Shown: positions 7,416-19,000 of the stretch, one piece after another
Layout: each line of letters starts with the position of its first letter
Position numbering within the stretch: position 1 is the first letter of the stretch
Source: Eubacteriales bacterium
GTDB lineage: Bacteria > Bacillota > Clostridia > Oscillospirales > CAG-272
DNA: 64,000 nt
Reading direction: 5' to 3'
Assembly (NCBI GenBank): GCA_045657105.1
Contig: JAZOSN010000021.1
Coordinates: 3,655 to 67,654, forward strand
The notes under the pieces: generated by a model
Told to the model about the DNA's origin: nothing
Database searches by the model: none
Seen by the model: only the letters and a program-made list of their open reading frames with translations
Position numbers and translations under genes: made by a program

Positions 7416-8483
7416 GTGAACGGCAGATTTTCAGTAGACGACAGAGCAAAGCTACGCGCGCTTGAAATCACAAGGCTGCGAGGTTTCAGACTCCTCGATC
7501 TTTACAGTAATTTCCTTAATTTAGAGCCGGATTTTATCAAAAAAGAGCTGATCGACGAGCTCGTTTCCGACTGCGGTGTGAGTGTGCTCGAAGCGTACGT
7601 GGCAGTCCTTGCCGCCGCGTTTGACATAGACTCGGACGAGCGTGACGAGGATCTGATATTTGAAAACGAATATCTGCGCCCCTCGGTCGAGATGCTTGAT
7701 CCGTCACTTTACAAAAGCTCTTCCTATATTCAAAAAATAAAATTTCCGAACGTCAAGCGCGCAAATTGGGAGATGAAAAACAGCTCGTACGCGCCCTTCG
7801 AAGCCTTCGTTTGCCGCGAGATAAGTGTAGAAAACGATATGAAGGAGCTTCCGCACATCGGTTTTTTTGACGAAAAATTCGATTTCCCTGCGGTTTTCGA
7901 AAACAGCAGAGAGTGGATGACGGTCACACCCAACGAAATCGAAACGATGCGCGCACCGATCTCAGAGGCGCGCGGCAGAGTTATCACCCTCGGACTCGGA
8001 CTCGGATATTTCGCGCATCAGGCGTCCGAAAAAGAAGAGGTCAGCTCGGTCACCGTTATCGAACGCGACGAGAGCGCAATTTCGCTATTCAAGGAATTTA
8101 TCCTGCCTCAGTTCGAGCACAAGGGAAAGATCGAAATAATCTGCGCGGACGCGCTCGATTACCTCGAAAAGAACGATCCCGAGGAAAATTTCGATTTTAT
8201 GTTTGCCGACCTCTGGCACGATTCGTCTGACGGGCTCGGGCTTTATATAAAGCTAAAAAGCATCGAGAAAAAGCAAAAAAGAGAGGAAAAAACCTCTCTT
8301 GTCCGCAGATATTGGATAGAAAATTCGATACTTTCGCGCCTGCGCTGGCTGATATACTCCGAGGTCGTCCTCAACGAGAGCGCAAAGAATTTAAACGTCG
8401 GCTCATATAACGATCTGATAAAGCTTCTCTCAAACGAGTCGCTTGCAAGCATCGCTCCCGACATAAAAAACATCTCGTTATAG
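7416..8483 (+). CDS. class I SAM-dependent methyltransferase / spermidine-synthase-like fold protein
   Basis: GTG start with AAAGGAAG as RBS. The C-terminal half has Rossmann MTase motifs: VITLGLGLGY, VTVIERD, ICADALDYL and FADLWHD. The N-terminal half is uncharacterised. Confidence 0.55.
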   Translation: MNGRFSVDDRAKLRALEITRLRGFRLLDLYSNFLNLEPDFIKKELIDELVSDCGVSVLEAYVAVLAAAFDIDSDERDEDLIFENEYLRPSVEMLDPSLYKSSSYIQKIKFPNVKRANWEMKNSSYAPFEAFVCREISVENDMKELPHIGFFDEKFDFPAVFENSREWMTVTPNEIETMRAPISEARGRVITLGLGLGYFAHQASEKEEVSSVTVIERDESAISLFKEFILPQFEHKGKIEIICADALDYLEKNDPEENFDFMFADLWHDSSDGLGLYIKLKSIEKKQKREEKTSLVRRYWIENSILSRLRWLIYSEVVLNESAKNLNVGSYNDLIKLLSNESLASIAPDIKNISL

Positions 8484-8870
8484 CTCGCTCGCTTCGGGAT
8501 ATGCGAGCGAAAAGAGATATTTGAGCCTCTCATGCTCACCCGAAAGCCAGAGGTGTCCGAAAAGCGCTTCAAATCCTGTCGCGCGTCTGTACTGCCCTGC
8601 CGATGCGCTTTTGGGTATGCTCGCGCTATGCTGATTTCTGCCGCGCTTATATATTTCGTTTTCCTTCTCGGTAAGGTACGGAAGAAGTCGCTCGATAGCC
8701 TCGGACTGTGCTACCGCAGTTACGAAATTAAGAGCCTCTTTATTGAGATTGCCCGCTCCCCGTATTCCCTTTTCGACAAGACGCTGTCTTGTCAGAATTT
8801 CGGTGACCGCATCTCCAAGATATGCAAGCTCGCAGGAGCTTATCTCGCCGTGCAAAACATTTTCACTCAT
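8478..8870 (-). CDS. mrnC: mini-ribonuclease 3
   Basis: LAYLGDAVTEILTRQRL, KRGRN..S...PKSA, YRRATGFEALFGHLWL. It converges on the previous gene, and their stop codons overlap by 6 nt. Confidence 0.85.
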   Translation of the reverse strand: MSENVLHGEISSCELAYLGDAVTEILTRQRLVEKGIRGAGNLNKEALNFVTAVAQSEAIERLLPYLTEKENEIYKRGRNQHSASIPKSASAGQYRRATGFEALFGHLWLSGEHERLKYLFSLAYPEASEL

Positions 8871-8903
8871 CTGTAAAATCTCTTTTCCTTGTTACTTACA
8901 AAG

Positions 8904-8932
8904 ATTATACTGCGAAAACGCACTTTTGTCAA
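8904..8932 (-). promoter_or_regulatory. consensus sigma-A promoter for mrnC
   Basis: On the minus strand: TTGACA (rc of 8927-8932), 17 nt, TATAAT (rc of 8904-8909). It is embedded in the inverted repeat CTGCGAAAA (8910-8918) / TTTTCGCAG (8946-8954). Confidence 0.6.
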
Positions 8933-8980
8933 CCGAAAGCGAACATTTTCGCAGTTTTCATTTTATTTTTTTGTTTTTTG

Positions 8981-9009
8981 TTGAAATAAGAAGAAAACTG
9001 TGTTATACT
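8981..9009 (+). promoter_or_regulatory. extended -10 promoter for thyX
   Basis: TTGAAA (8981-8986), 17 nt including TGT, then TATACT (9004-9009). Confidence 0.5.
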
Positions 9010-9044
9010 TAAATAAATCATTTATTTTAAGCGAGGAAATCAAA

Positions 9045-9803
9045 ATGAAGGTAGAACTTCTTGCATATACCCCCGACGCCGACAAGCTCGTTTCTGCGGC
9101 GGCAAAGCTTTGCTACGCTAAAAGCGACATTGATACTCTTATGGAAAATCTCACGCCCGACAAGGTTGCCGAGTTTCTCGATACACTCACAAAGCTCGGA
9201 CACGAAAGTCCCGTCGAGCACGCCTCGTTCACCTTCGGTATCGAGGGCGTTTCGCGCACTCTTCTTGCTCAGATAACAAGACACCGCATAGCGTCCTTCT
9301 CGGTACAGAGCCAGAGATACGTTGAAAAGAGCGGCTTTGAATACATAATGCCGCCCGAAATTGCATCTATCCCAGAAGCAAAGGAGCTTTTCGAAGAGGA
9401 AATGCGCCGCGACGCCGAGGCTTACAGCCGTCTGCGCGAGATACTCGTTGAAAAGCATAAGGCGACATTTATCGCAGAGGGTATGGACGAAAAAGAGGCT
9501 CTCCGCGCAGCAGGCAAAAAGGCAAACGAGGACGCCAGATTCGTGCTCCCTAACGCCTGCGACACGCGAATTATAATGACTATGAACACAAGATCGCTTT
9601 ACAATTTCTTCGAGCTACGCTGCTGTACGCGCGCGCAGTGGGAGATCAGAGCTCTCGCTATCGAGATGTTAAAACTCGTCAAGGGTGTTGCTCCCCTTCT
9701 CTTCTCGGCGGCAGGTCCTGCCTGCGTAAAGGGAAAATGCTCGGAAGGTCCGATGTCCTGCGGAAAGGCACTCGAAACCCGCAAGTTTTTCAAAGAGCTT
9801 TAA
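9045..9803 (+). CDS. thyX: FAD-dependent thymidylate synthase
   Basis: ATG 9045 has GAGGAAA as RBS; the track ORF starts 15 codons earlier without one. The ThyX signature RHRIASFSVQSQRY is present, plus the ..MNTRSLYNFFELR.. region. Confidence 0.92.
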   Translation: MKVELLAYTPDADKLVSAAAKLCYAKSDIDTLMENLTPDKVAEFLDTLTKLGHESPVEHASFTFGIEGVSRTLLAQITRHRIASFSVQSQRYVEKSGFEYIMPPEIASIPEAKELFEEEMRRDAEAYSRLREILVEKHKATFIAEGMDEKEALRAAGKKANEDARFVLPNACDTRIIMTMNTRSLYNFFELRCCTRAQWEIRALAIEMLKLVKGVAPLLFSAAGPACVKGKCSEGPMSCGKALETRKFFKEL

Positions 9804-9804
9804 T

Positions 9805-9933
9805 GCCTCCGGCGGCTTTTGCCTCCGGCGGCTCAAACCCTTTTTGAAAAAAGGGGTTTGACAATCCCAAAAACTTTGTCTCCGACGGCTTAAACCCTTT
9901 TTAGAAAAAGGGTTTAAGAATCCCAAAAACTTT
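9805..9933. repeat. tandem palindrome-containing intergenic repeat (partial head plus 57-nt and 56-nt units)
   Basis: Units lie at 9821-9877 and 9878-9933. Each is G(C/T)CTCCG(G/A)CGGCT, then a palindrome centred on CTTTTTnGAAAAAG, then AATCCCAAAAACTTT. A related copy is at 37869-37916. Confidence 0.6.
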
Positions 9934-9982
9934 ACTGAAAATGGAAGGGGTTAAGAGCTCGGAAAACCTTACTTGACAAATC

Positions 9983-10024
9983 AAAACCGCACAATTCATT
10001 TCTGAATTGTGCGGTTTTTGTTTT
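9983..10024. terminator. bidirectional rho-independent terminator (thyX / giant gene)
   Basis: 12-bp stem CCGCACAATTCA / TGAATTGTGCGG, loop TTTC. It is flanked by AAAA upstream and TTTTTGTTTT downstream. Confidence 0.75.
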
Positions 10025-10034
10025 GGCTTAGAGT

Positions 10035-13000
10035 TTACTGTTGCTCGTCCTCAACACCGATAACTTCAAGAGCGTGTTCAAGGAATTCTGCGATCTGTCT
10101 GTGTCCCGCAGTATTGGGGTGCAGACCGTCCTCCATATAATACTCTCTCGTTTCGTCGGCAGAGGGATCCATATCAAGCTCTGTATAAAGATCTATCACG
10201 TTAAGCGAATACTTATCGCATATAGCCTTAATAGCATTTACGTAGTCTTCAAGCGTGTGTCCGGCGCCGTTCGGAATGTGGTCAAACGTATGTGCCTCAC
10301 CTGTTGCCGAGTTGGTACCGTAGCCGTATCTGTGAAGAGGAGTAATAAATACTATCTCTGCATTCGGATTATTCTCTATAAGTGCAGAAGCTATGATGTT
10401 AAGTGCTCCGTAGAAGGACGTATCGGTCGTATCGTCGATAGTGCCGAGAGGCGTATCGTGACCGTAGTCGTTGGTTCCCATAAAGATCGTTATGAGATCT
10501 GCATCTGCGGGAATATCGCCATATCTGTTTACAAGAGGCTCGTGCTCATCTCCGTAACTGCTCGAAGAGCTTATGCAGCTTCCTGCAACGCCCATACCAA
10601 CGGCAGATTTGAGTTCGAGCATTTTTTCGAGGAGCTCCCAATAGGTATCTCCCTCGCAGTTCACGCCCTCTGTTATACTGTCACCGACGAAAACGGCAAC
10701 CTTATCTGCCCACGGACCCTTCGAATGAACAACCTCACTTGCAACGAAATACTTCGAGAACAGAAGTGCATCGGAATCGCTGGTTATCATAATAATATCG
10801 TGAGCTATTTCCTCGGGAGTTCTTACGTCTGCAAAAATGCTTGCAGAGTAGATCTCGCCCTTGAACACCTGAGCGGAAAGTCTATTGTCGTTCGCTACGC
10901 AGAACGTACTTCCGTCGAAAGGAACGGGAGCATCAAGTGTTATGGTTTCGACAAGCTCTCCGTCAACGAACAGAGATGCCGAAAGTCCGTCTATCGTAAA
11001 TGCGAGGTGTACAGGCTCCTCAGAACGAATATCAACGTTAAAGATGTACGAGTAACTCTTTGAGTTAACCTTATACCACAGACGAGGATTTCCGTTCGTA
11101 TAAATTTCAAGATTCATACGACCGCTCGAAGTGCCGTCGTAGTTTCCGAATATTACACCGCCTCTGTCCGTAATACGAGGTGAAAGCTTGAGAAGTGCCT
11201 CGAAGGTCAAGGGCGCCTTGTTGAAGCTATCATCTATCGCATAGTATCCGCCGTCTTTAAGAGCACCGTCAGTGCTTGTATAATCGTTATGAATTATTCC
11301 GTCCGATGTGAAAGGAACGCTGCAAACGTTTATAAGCTTGCCGCAGGAAGCGCATACGAGTCTGCCAAGACCGTCGCCGTCCTCGGTAGGACTTGTGATC
11401 ATTTCGAATACTACGTTTGTATGAGTGTCAGTTTCGGTAACAAGCTTAGTGCCGAGATAGCTTGTCGAAACAAGGAGTCCTCCTTCTCCTGCCGTCGAGA
11501 TCATATCTTGGGCGATCTGCTGCTCGCTTCTTACGTGGTCGAAGACGTTTACAGAGTATATAACACCCTTGAAATACTGAACATTTCCATCTCTTCCGTC
11601 TCCGCCGATACGGTATCCCATCGTGGACTCAGGCAGCTCAAGCTCAAGCTCTCTGACCTCGGCAAGCTCTCCGTTTACGTAAAGGCTTGCAAGCTTTCCG
11701 TCAACAGTGAGCGCAATATGAACCGGCTTATCACTTCTCACGTCGGTATCAAATCTGCAATCCACCTTCGTAGTGCCGTTTATGAAGTAAAGTCTGAGCT
11801 TACCGTTTGTATAGATCTCAACGTTTATAGGCTGATCGTTATTTCCGTTATTACCGAAGATAACTCCGCCTCTATCGGCATAACCCTTCGGCAGGTGGAT
11901 AAGTGCTTCGAAGGTTACGGGAGTCTTGTCAAGTGTGCAATCAACTTCGCCAATCAGATTGTCCTCAAAGCTCTGTCCGTAGTCGCTCTGCTTTCCGCTT
12001 TCGGTAAAGTAGGTCGAGTAAACGAGTCCCTCTTCACTCGGGCTTACTGCCAGAATATCGGAAGTTATTTCGTCCCAGTAGCGAACGCTCGAGAAGAGAT
12101 TTACCGAATATATAGTTCCCTTGAAATACTGTTCGTTATTTACACGGTGGTCTCCGCCGATAACGAAGCCTTCGGTTATCGCGGGAATTGTAGCTTCAAG
12201 CTCTGCGGTTTCGGTAACCGTACCGTTAATATACAGAGTTGCAAGCAGGTCTTCAACCGTAAGCGCGAGATTTATCGGCTTATCGGAACGCACGTCAGTT
12301 TCAAAGGTATAGCTGTATTTAACTCCGTCTGTTATGTAATACAGTCTGAGCTTACCGCCTGCAAGAATCTCGATGTTTACAGTATCGCTCGATCCGTCCG
12401 TATAGTTTCCTATAATAACTCCTGCGCGATCCGCATAGCTTGTGGGAAGCATAAGGGTTGCTTCGAAGGTCACGGGTGCTTTATCAAGCGCGGGAATCTC
12501 GTTCAAAGTATCCTTTTTAAACGTTTGACCGCTTACCTTGTTTCCTGCAACATAGAGCGGCGAGTTGTTAACGGTAAAGTAAGTAGAATAAACGAGGTCG
12601 GGTGCAGAAACGCCTACATAGCTTACGTCAGAGATGATCTCCTCTGCCGTTCTGACGTCTGCGAAAAGATTTACCGAATAGATCTTTCCCTTGAACGTTT
12701 GCATTCTGTCGGTTCTTATGTCTCCGCCAAGTGCAAAGGGTCTGTCTATCTCGGGAAGAGGATTGGTAACCTCAATGCTTTCCGAGAATTCTCCGTTCAC
12801 GTAAAGTCTTGCTTCGTTGCCGTCAACAGTGACTGCAATATGAACAGGCTCTATCGAGCGAATGTCACGGCTGAATACTACATCGGTTCTTATTCCGTTT
12901 GTGATATAGAACAGTCTTACGCGTCCTTCTGTAAATATCTCAAAGTTGAGTGCATTCTCATTGTCTGCCGCCGAATAGTTACCCATGATAACTCCGCCTC

Positions 13001-16000
13001 TGGACCAGGATTTCGGCTGGAAAAGAATCGTCGCCTCAAAGGTATGCGGAGTTTTGCCTATTGATACGGGAATAGTGGTAGTATCGGTAAAGCTTACTCC
13101 GATATTCGTTTCGGGATCAATAGCAGAACCCGTATATTTCGTTTCCTCGGCTTCTATGACCTTGTCGCAGATAACACATTTCTTATAGCGGATTCCGTGT
13201 TCGGTGGGAGTTGCGACCTTTTCAATTATCCACTGACCGCCGTAGTGAACAGTGTTTATGATCTCTTTGTGTCCGCAGCAGGTACAGACCTTATAAACGT
13301 AACCGTGTTCGGTTTCGGTCGCTTCCTGTCTTTTACTTTCAGAGGCAAAGGTATGTGAAACGAGATCCGTATCCGTTGTGTATCTTGCCACAGTGGAGAA
13401 CACGCTGTTTTCCGAGCAGGTCTTTTCCTTTATTACCAGTGCAAAGTTCGACTGATAATACATAGATCCTCCATGGAGATTAAGCGAGTTGAGAAGCGAA
13501 ACGTAGTAGCGCTGACCGTCCTTCACGTACGAGAATTGAAGATCCTTGTTATGAATAGCGCCGAGCGACCACTCGTTTATCGACTTATATCCAATATCAA
13601 CACCCTCTACCAGATCGTCAAATGTTGTCGGATCGAAGGATTCCATATTTACATAGATCTTATTATTGGGATTTTTATTTTTATGGAATGCATCTATAAG
13701 CATCTTTTCCATCTGCTGTGCAAGAGGGAAAGTTCCGCTATACTCTGCGGCATTCCACGTAAAGAGTATATAGTCCTCAGAGTTGTAAAGCTCTCTGAAA
13801 TACTTGCAATAGGGATTGTATATCTCGCTCCACGAGAGTATATCGCCACCGAACGGAGTGAAATAAAGCTCAAAGACGTCGTCATTTTCGCTTCCGAGAT
13901 AAACAAGACGCTCGTTTTCGGGTATGTCATCACCCTTTCCTGCAAGTATAAGGTCTATTTGACTTGTGGTTTCGACGTTCATTTTATTCTGGAATTCAAT
14001 TATACCCTCCTGATGGCTGTAATTAAGCATCAGTCGCAGGTAGTTGACCGAAACTCGGTATATATCCTCGTGGTCGGAAATTATAGTCGCGGTTTGGAGC
14101 TTCCAGTTGGCGTTATAGCCTGCGCCGTAAATACCGTCAAGGTTAGAGCTTGACGTCCAGACTGCGTTTTTGTGTACCTCGCCGTTCATGTCGAGATAAT
14201 GCGATACGGCACAAAGCTTGGTGTGCATCATATCCGTTCCGCCCTTGCCGCCGTTACTGAGTGTCCAGTCGAAATAGCAGAAGGTAAGATAATCGCTTAT
14301 GGTACCGTAAGGTGCATATTCGGGATCACAGTAATCGTTGACGTAAGCGTCAAAATAGGTTTCAAAGGTGGAAGGAAGCTTTCCTGCACTGTTTATAGGA
14401 TACGCGTCCCTGTGAGCGAGCACGTTTACGTGTATTCCCATTTTTGCCGCAGATACGAGAAGGTAAGCCACGCGAACAAATCCGAATTCGTCGTAATTCT
14501 CATTCGCAAGAGCTCTGGTATATCCAAAATATCTGCTGTTTCGGTTAATATTTACCGCGGTCTGAACCGAGAATCGGTAAGACGCTATATCTATGTGTAC
14601 CTCTTCATCGGGGTTAGCCTTCTTGTAGAGCATCGCCTGATATATCATCAGAGCTTCGCCGACAGTCATATTATGTGCCGTCGAATATTTGGGATAAACG
14701 AAGGTGTCAACCGTGACTCTTCCGCCGTTTATGTTATCAAACACCGTGGTTCCGCGGCTCATAAAGTTAGAGCTGTTATCAAGAACCGGGAATTTATCGT
14801 AGGTCGAATTGATATATCCGTTGCTCGAATTTACGGCAAGGTCAAACACGTCGTTTACAGACGGCGAGGCGTCACCGACCGTGTTCTTTACAGATTCGAC
14901 CGTACTCGTGTAGGTTGAGGCAGAAGGAACCTTCACGCTCTGTGTATTTACGGTAAGTAGGCCTTCTATCGCGCTCTCCCAATAAGCATCGTCGGTAGCA
15001 CCCTGAGTATCAAGATCGGTATGCTTTGCTTTATCTATGTTCAGAACTGCATTAGTGGTATTACCCCATATAATATTTCCGCCGCTCTCGGCAGTATTGC
15101 CCGAAACGCTGAGTTTTGCAAGCGTTACGACCGTACCTGCCGCAGTTTCGTACATAAATCCGCCCTTGTCGGCTTTATTAAGCTCGGCGTTAGTGTTATA
15201 TACATAGGCATCACTCTTGCCCGAAATATACATACCGCCGCCCATACCGCCTGCAACGTTTTCTTTAAAGCTACAACCGTTGAATACCGTCTTTGTTCCG
15301 TAGGTATAAACGAATGCGCCCGCGCCGTTTTCGAGAGTGGTATTTGCAACAAATTCGGTCTTGTATATCTCAGATACCGCGCCCTCGTACAAATACACAC
15401 CGGCACCCATATTAGAGGAGTTGTTGTTTACTGTGCCTGAGTACATTGTAAGCTGACCGAAGCTGCTGTAAATAAATCCTCCGTTTGTTCTTGCGGAGTT
15501 TCTCGATGCGGTAACGTTATTAAGCTTCGCTACTGCATTTGTTCCGAGATAAATTCCTCCGCCGATATATTCACTTCTGTTCTTTGTGAATACACCGCCG
15601 TCTATTTCAAGAGTGGAGCCGACAACCGAGATAGCTCCGCCTGCGCCGTCGGACTTTGTAGAAACCGAGTTGGAAACAAAGGTAACGTCCTTCATAAAGA
15701 CGTCAACTCCTGCGGTAAGCAGAACTGCTCCGCCGTTGTCTTTTGCTTTATTGTTTGCAAAATCCGTCGATTTCAGGGTAAGAACCTTGGTGTCGTTTTC
15801 GATTGCTCTTCTGGTCGTATATATTGCTCCGCCGTTGTCAGCCGAGTTGCCTGTTACGGTAGAGTTGTTTAGAGTTACTCTCGCATTTATATCTATACTG
15901 CTGCTATAAGCAACGTAGATAGCACCGCCGTTTTTCTCCGAGTGGTTGCCCTCTATCACAGAGCCGTCTATTTTAAGCGTTGCGCTTCGTACCGAGATCG

Positions 16001-19000
16001 CTCCGCCGTGCGAGGTCGCGGTGCCGTTTGCGATGCTCGAATTATTTATCGAAACGGTCGATTCGCCTATAATATAGAACGCTCCGCCCTCTCCGCTCGC
16101 TATGCTTCCGTCGAACGAGGTGTTGTTGACTGTGAGATTTGACTTGCGCTCAACACAGATCGAGCCGCCGTTTTCGGCACTGTTCGAAATAAATTCACAG
16201 CCGTCGGTGGTTACGATAGAGCCGGACTCATAGGTGCTGTTAGCACAGTAGAGCGAGATAGCTCCGCCGTCGGTCGCACTGTTTCCTATGAAGCGACAGT
16301 TTTCAAGGTAAACATATCGTGTAACGTAAGCCTGCGTGGATTTGGTAACAAACATCGCTCCGCCGCGTGATTTCGCGGTATTTCCCGAGAAAACGGTGTT
16401 CATTACGGTAAACGTACTCGACGTATGGATAGCTCCGCCGCTTCCGGTAAGAGCCTTGTTGCCTTCAAAGGTCGTGTTTCCGTAGATAACTATTCCGTTG
16501 AGAGTAGAGGTACATATTGCGCCGCCGTTGACCTCTGCAACGTTATCTTTAAAGAGTACGGGAGTCGAGCTTCTGTATCCGATATTAAGTTGGCTTGTCG
16601 CTAAGCTTGCCGAATAGTAAACTCCTCCGCTTACGGTAGCGCGGTTAGCTACGAAGCTTCCTCCGTATATTTTTATAGTTCCGTAGTTGTAAACGATACC
16701 TCCGCGCGCACCCTCGTTGCCCTCGAAATGTCCTGCGTATATTTTCAGGTTGCTTTCGTTGTAGAATACGCCGCCGATAGAGGAATTGCGTCCCTCCTCG
16801 GAAGATGCATCTTCAATATCTACCGAGTTGTTGATAAAGCTTCCGCCGTATATATTAAGACCGCCGAACGGAATTATCGCTACCGATCCTCCGACACGGT
16901 TCGGACGTGAAAGCTTATAATACTCATTGTAGGTTCTCTCGTTTTCGTTCTTATGACAATTCGTAACGGTTACGTTATTATAGACGTTAGCAACTGCTCC
17001 GTTACAAATAAACATTACCGTACCGACTACGTCAACAGTCATATTATCCTTGTTTCCGTCTATTATAAGAAGCGACGGGGTGTCGGACGACGGATTACCG
17101 AGAGTAAGACGCGAGTCTGCCTTTTCGATCATCGCGTTGCTTCCGTCCGCACGCTCACCGACGACAAATATATCTCCGCCAAAATCGGCAGCTCTCGTGA
17201 GCGTGTGACGCGCCGTAGAGAATATTATAACGTCGTAAGTTATATAGAACGTGCGATCTATTTCAAAATCGGCTACTATTCTTATGTTTTTCTTGCCTGC
17301 AAGCAGTGCATCTTCAAGCTCCTTTGCGCTTGAAACGTCAAAGGCACCGCTAAGATCTCCCGCGCTCTCATTTCCCTCTTCGATGTATTCGGGAACATCG
17401 TCGTATATGGTTTTGATCGTAAGCGTTCCGTAAAGTGCTGCTTCCCAGTAGCTCGGCGTATACGACGAATTTGAAGTATCGCTATGCGCCACCTTGTTTA
17501 TATAAAGAGTAGCACCGCTTCCGATACCGTAAATGAACGCGCCCTTAGCCGAGGTGTTATCGGAAACGGTCGTGCCGATTACCGTAGCCTCTGTTCCGCT
17601 TCCGTTCAAGCAGAGAAATCCGCCCTTGCTTGCCGTGTTACCGTTTATAACGACGTTATAAACACTCGCCTTTGCCTTACTGCATACGTACACTGCTCCG
17701 CCGTACGTCTGGGCGGTATTGCCTGTGAACTCACAGATCTGAGTAAGAAGCGAGGTTCCGCTATCCGAAGCGTATACCGCGCCGCCGTTCTTGCCTGCCT
17801 TGTTTCCACTGAACACCGCGGTAAATATTTTCGCCGTAGAATTATCATCTACCGAGATAGCACCGCCGTCAAGAAGTGCACTGTTGGTATTGAAAACCGT
17901 ATCATAAACAACGAGTGTCGATCCCGACGCGTTTATTGCTCCGCCGTTATTAGCCGCGCCGTTTGCGACCATCTGTGTCTGATTGTTTATATACGCGCTT
18001 GATCCGACTATATTGATCGCACCGCCGTTATAGTCGGCATCGTTGCCGGTAAACGACGATCCGCCGATCGAAATCTCAGAGGACTCGGCGTATATAGCTC
18101 CGCCCTCAAAGGCGTATCCGTATTCAAAGGTGTCGTCAGAGGAGAAAAGCTTTGCTCCGCTCACATAAACGGAGGCACCCTTGTCTGCCTCGTTCTTACT
18201 TGCACTGTTTTTGCTCATGGTCACTTTTGCGGCAGCAGCATATACAAATCCGCCGTTTTCAAGTGCCTTATTTAGCGTAGCGTTTGATCCTTCAAGTGTC
18301 AGATCTGCTCCGTTTGAGTATATCGCACCGCCGTTTGTTGCGGTATTAGAGTTAAACGTACAGTTGTTTACCGCAAGAGAAGCGTTCGTTACGTAAATCG
18401 CTCCACCCTCGGTCGCACTGTTTGCTATGAAAACACAGTCGTTTATATCAAACTCGCCGTTTGCAAGATATATCGCTCCGCCGAGCTCGGCAGTGTTTGT
18501 ATTAAAGACAGCACCGACGATGCTTACGTCGCAGTCGGCATTATCAATATAAAGTGCACCGCCCATAGTTGCGCCGTTCGAGGTGAACGTAGCCTCCGAA
18601 AGAGATGCGCTTCCGCCAGCAAAGTAGATGGCTCCGCCGAGAGCGGCAGTATTTCCGAAGATCTCGGACTTTATCTGAACGCTTCCGAGCTCTGCGTATA
18701 TTGCGCCGCCGTTTTCGCTTGCGACGTTACCCGATATATCACAGGAGTCTACTGTGAGCTCACCGAGATTATATATTGCTCCGCCGAGGCGAGCGACGTT
18801 TTCTTTGAGCGAGCCGCCGAGCATATTAAGCATTCCGACGTTATAGATCACTCCGCCCTTGTCTGCACTGTTGCCGCTGAACAGACCGTCGTTTACGTTA
18901 AGAATTCCCTTGTTTAAAATAACCGCGTTGCCAACACTTGTATTGCCCGTGTATTTTCCGCCGTTAATATCGACAGTTGCATTTTCCTCTACGGTAAGCA

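Noticed and set aside
9638-9926. Two small ORFs (69 aa on plus, 85 aa on minus) with internally repeated peptides
   Set aside because: They are read-through of the tandem palindromic intergenic repeat. The peptide repeats just reflect the DNA repeat, and there is no RBS.
9805-9933. Possible CRISPR array
   Set aside because: There are only two and a fraction directly abutting units, with no unique spacers between them and no cas genes in the window. It is a tandem repeat, not a CRISPR array.
11289-13064. 591-aa ORF on the plus strand inside the giant gene, with others at 10041-11063, 13473-14153, 14172-14918 and 17484-18002
   Set aside because: All are antisense to the giant gene. Their internal repeats simply mirror the LamG and beta-helix repeats of the sense strand. 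The sense frame is uninterrupted for 3821 codons with coherent domains.
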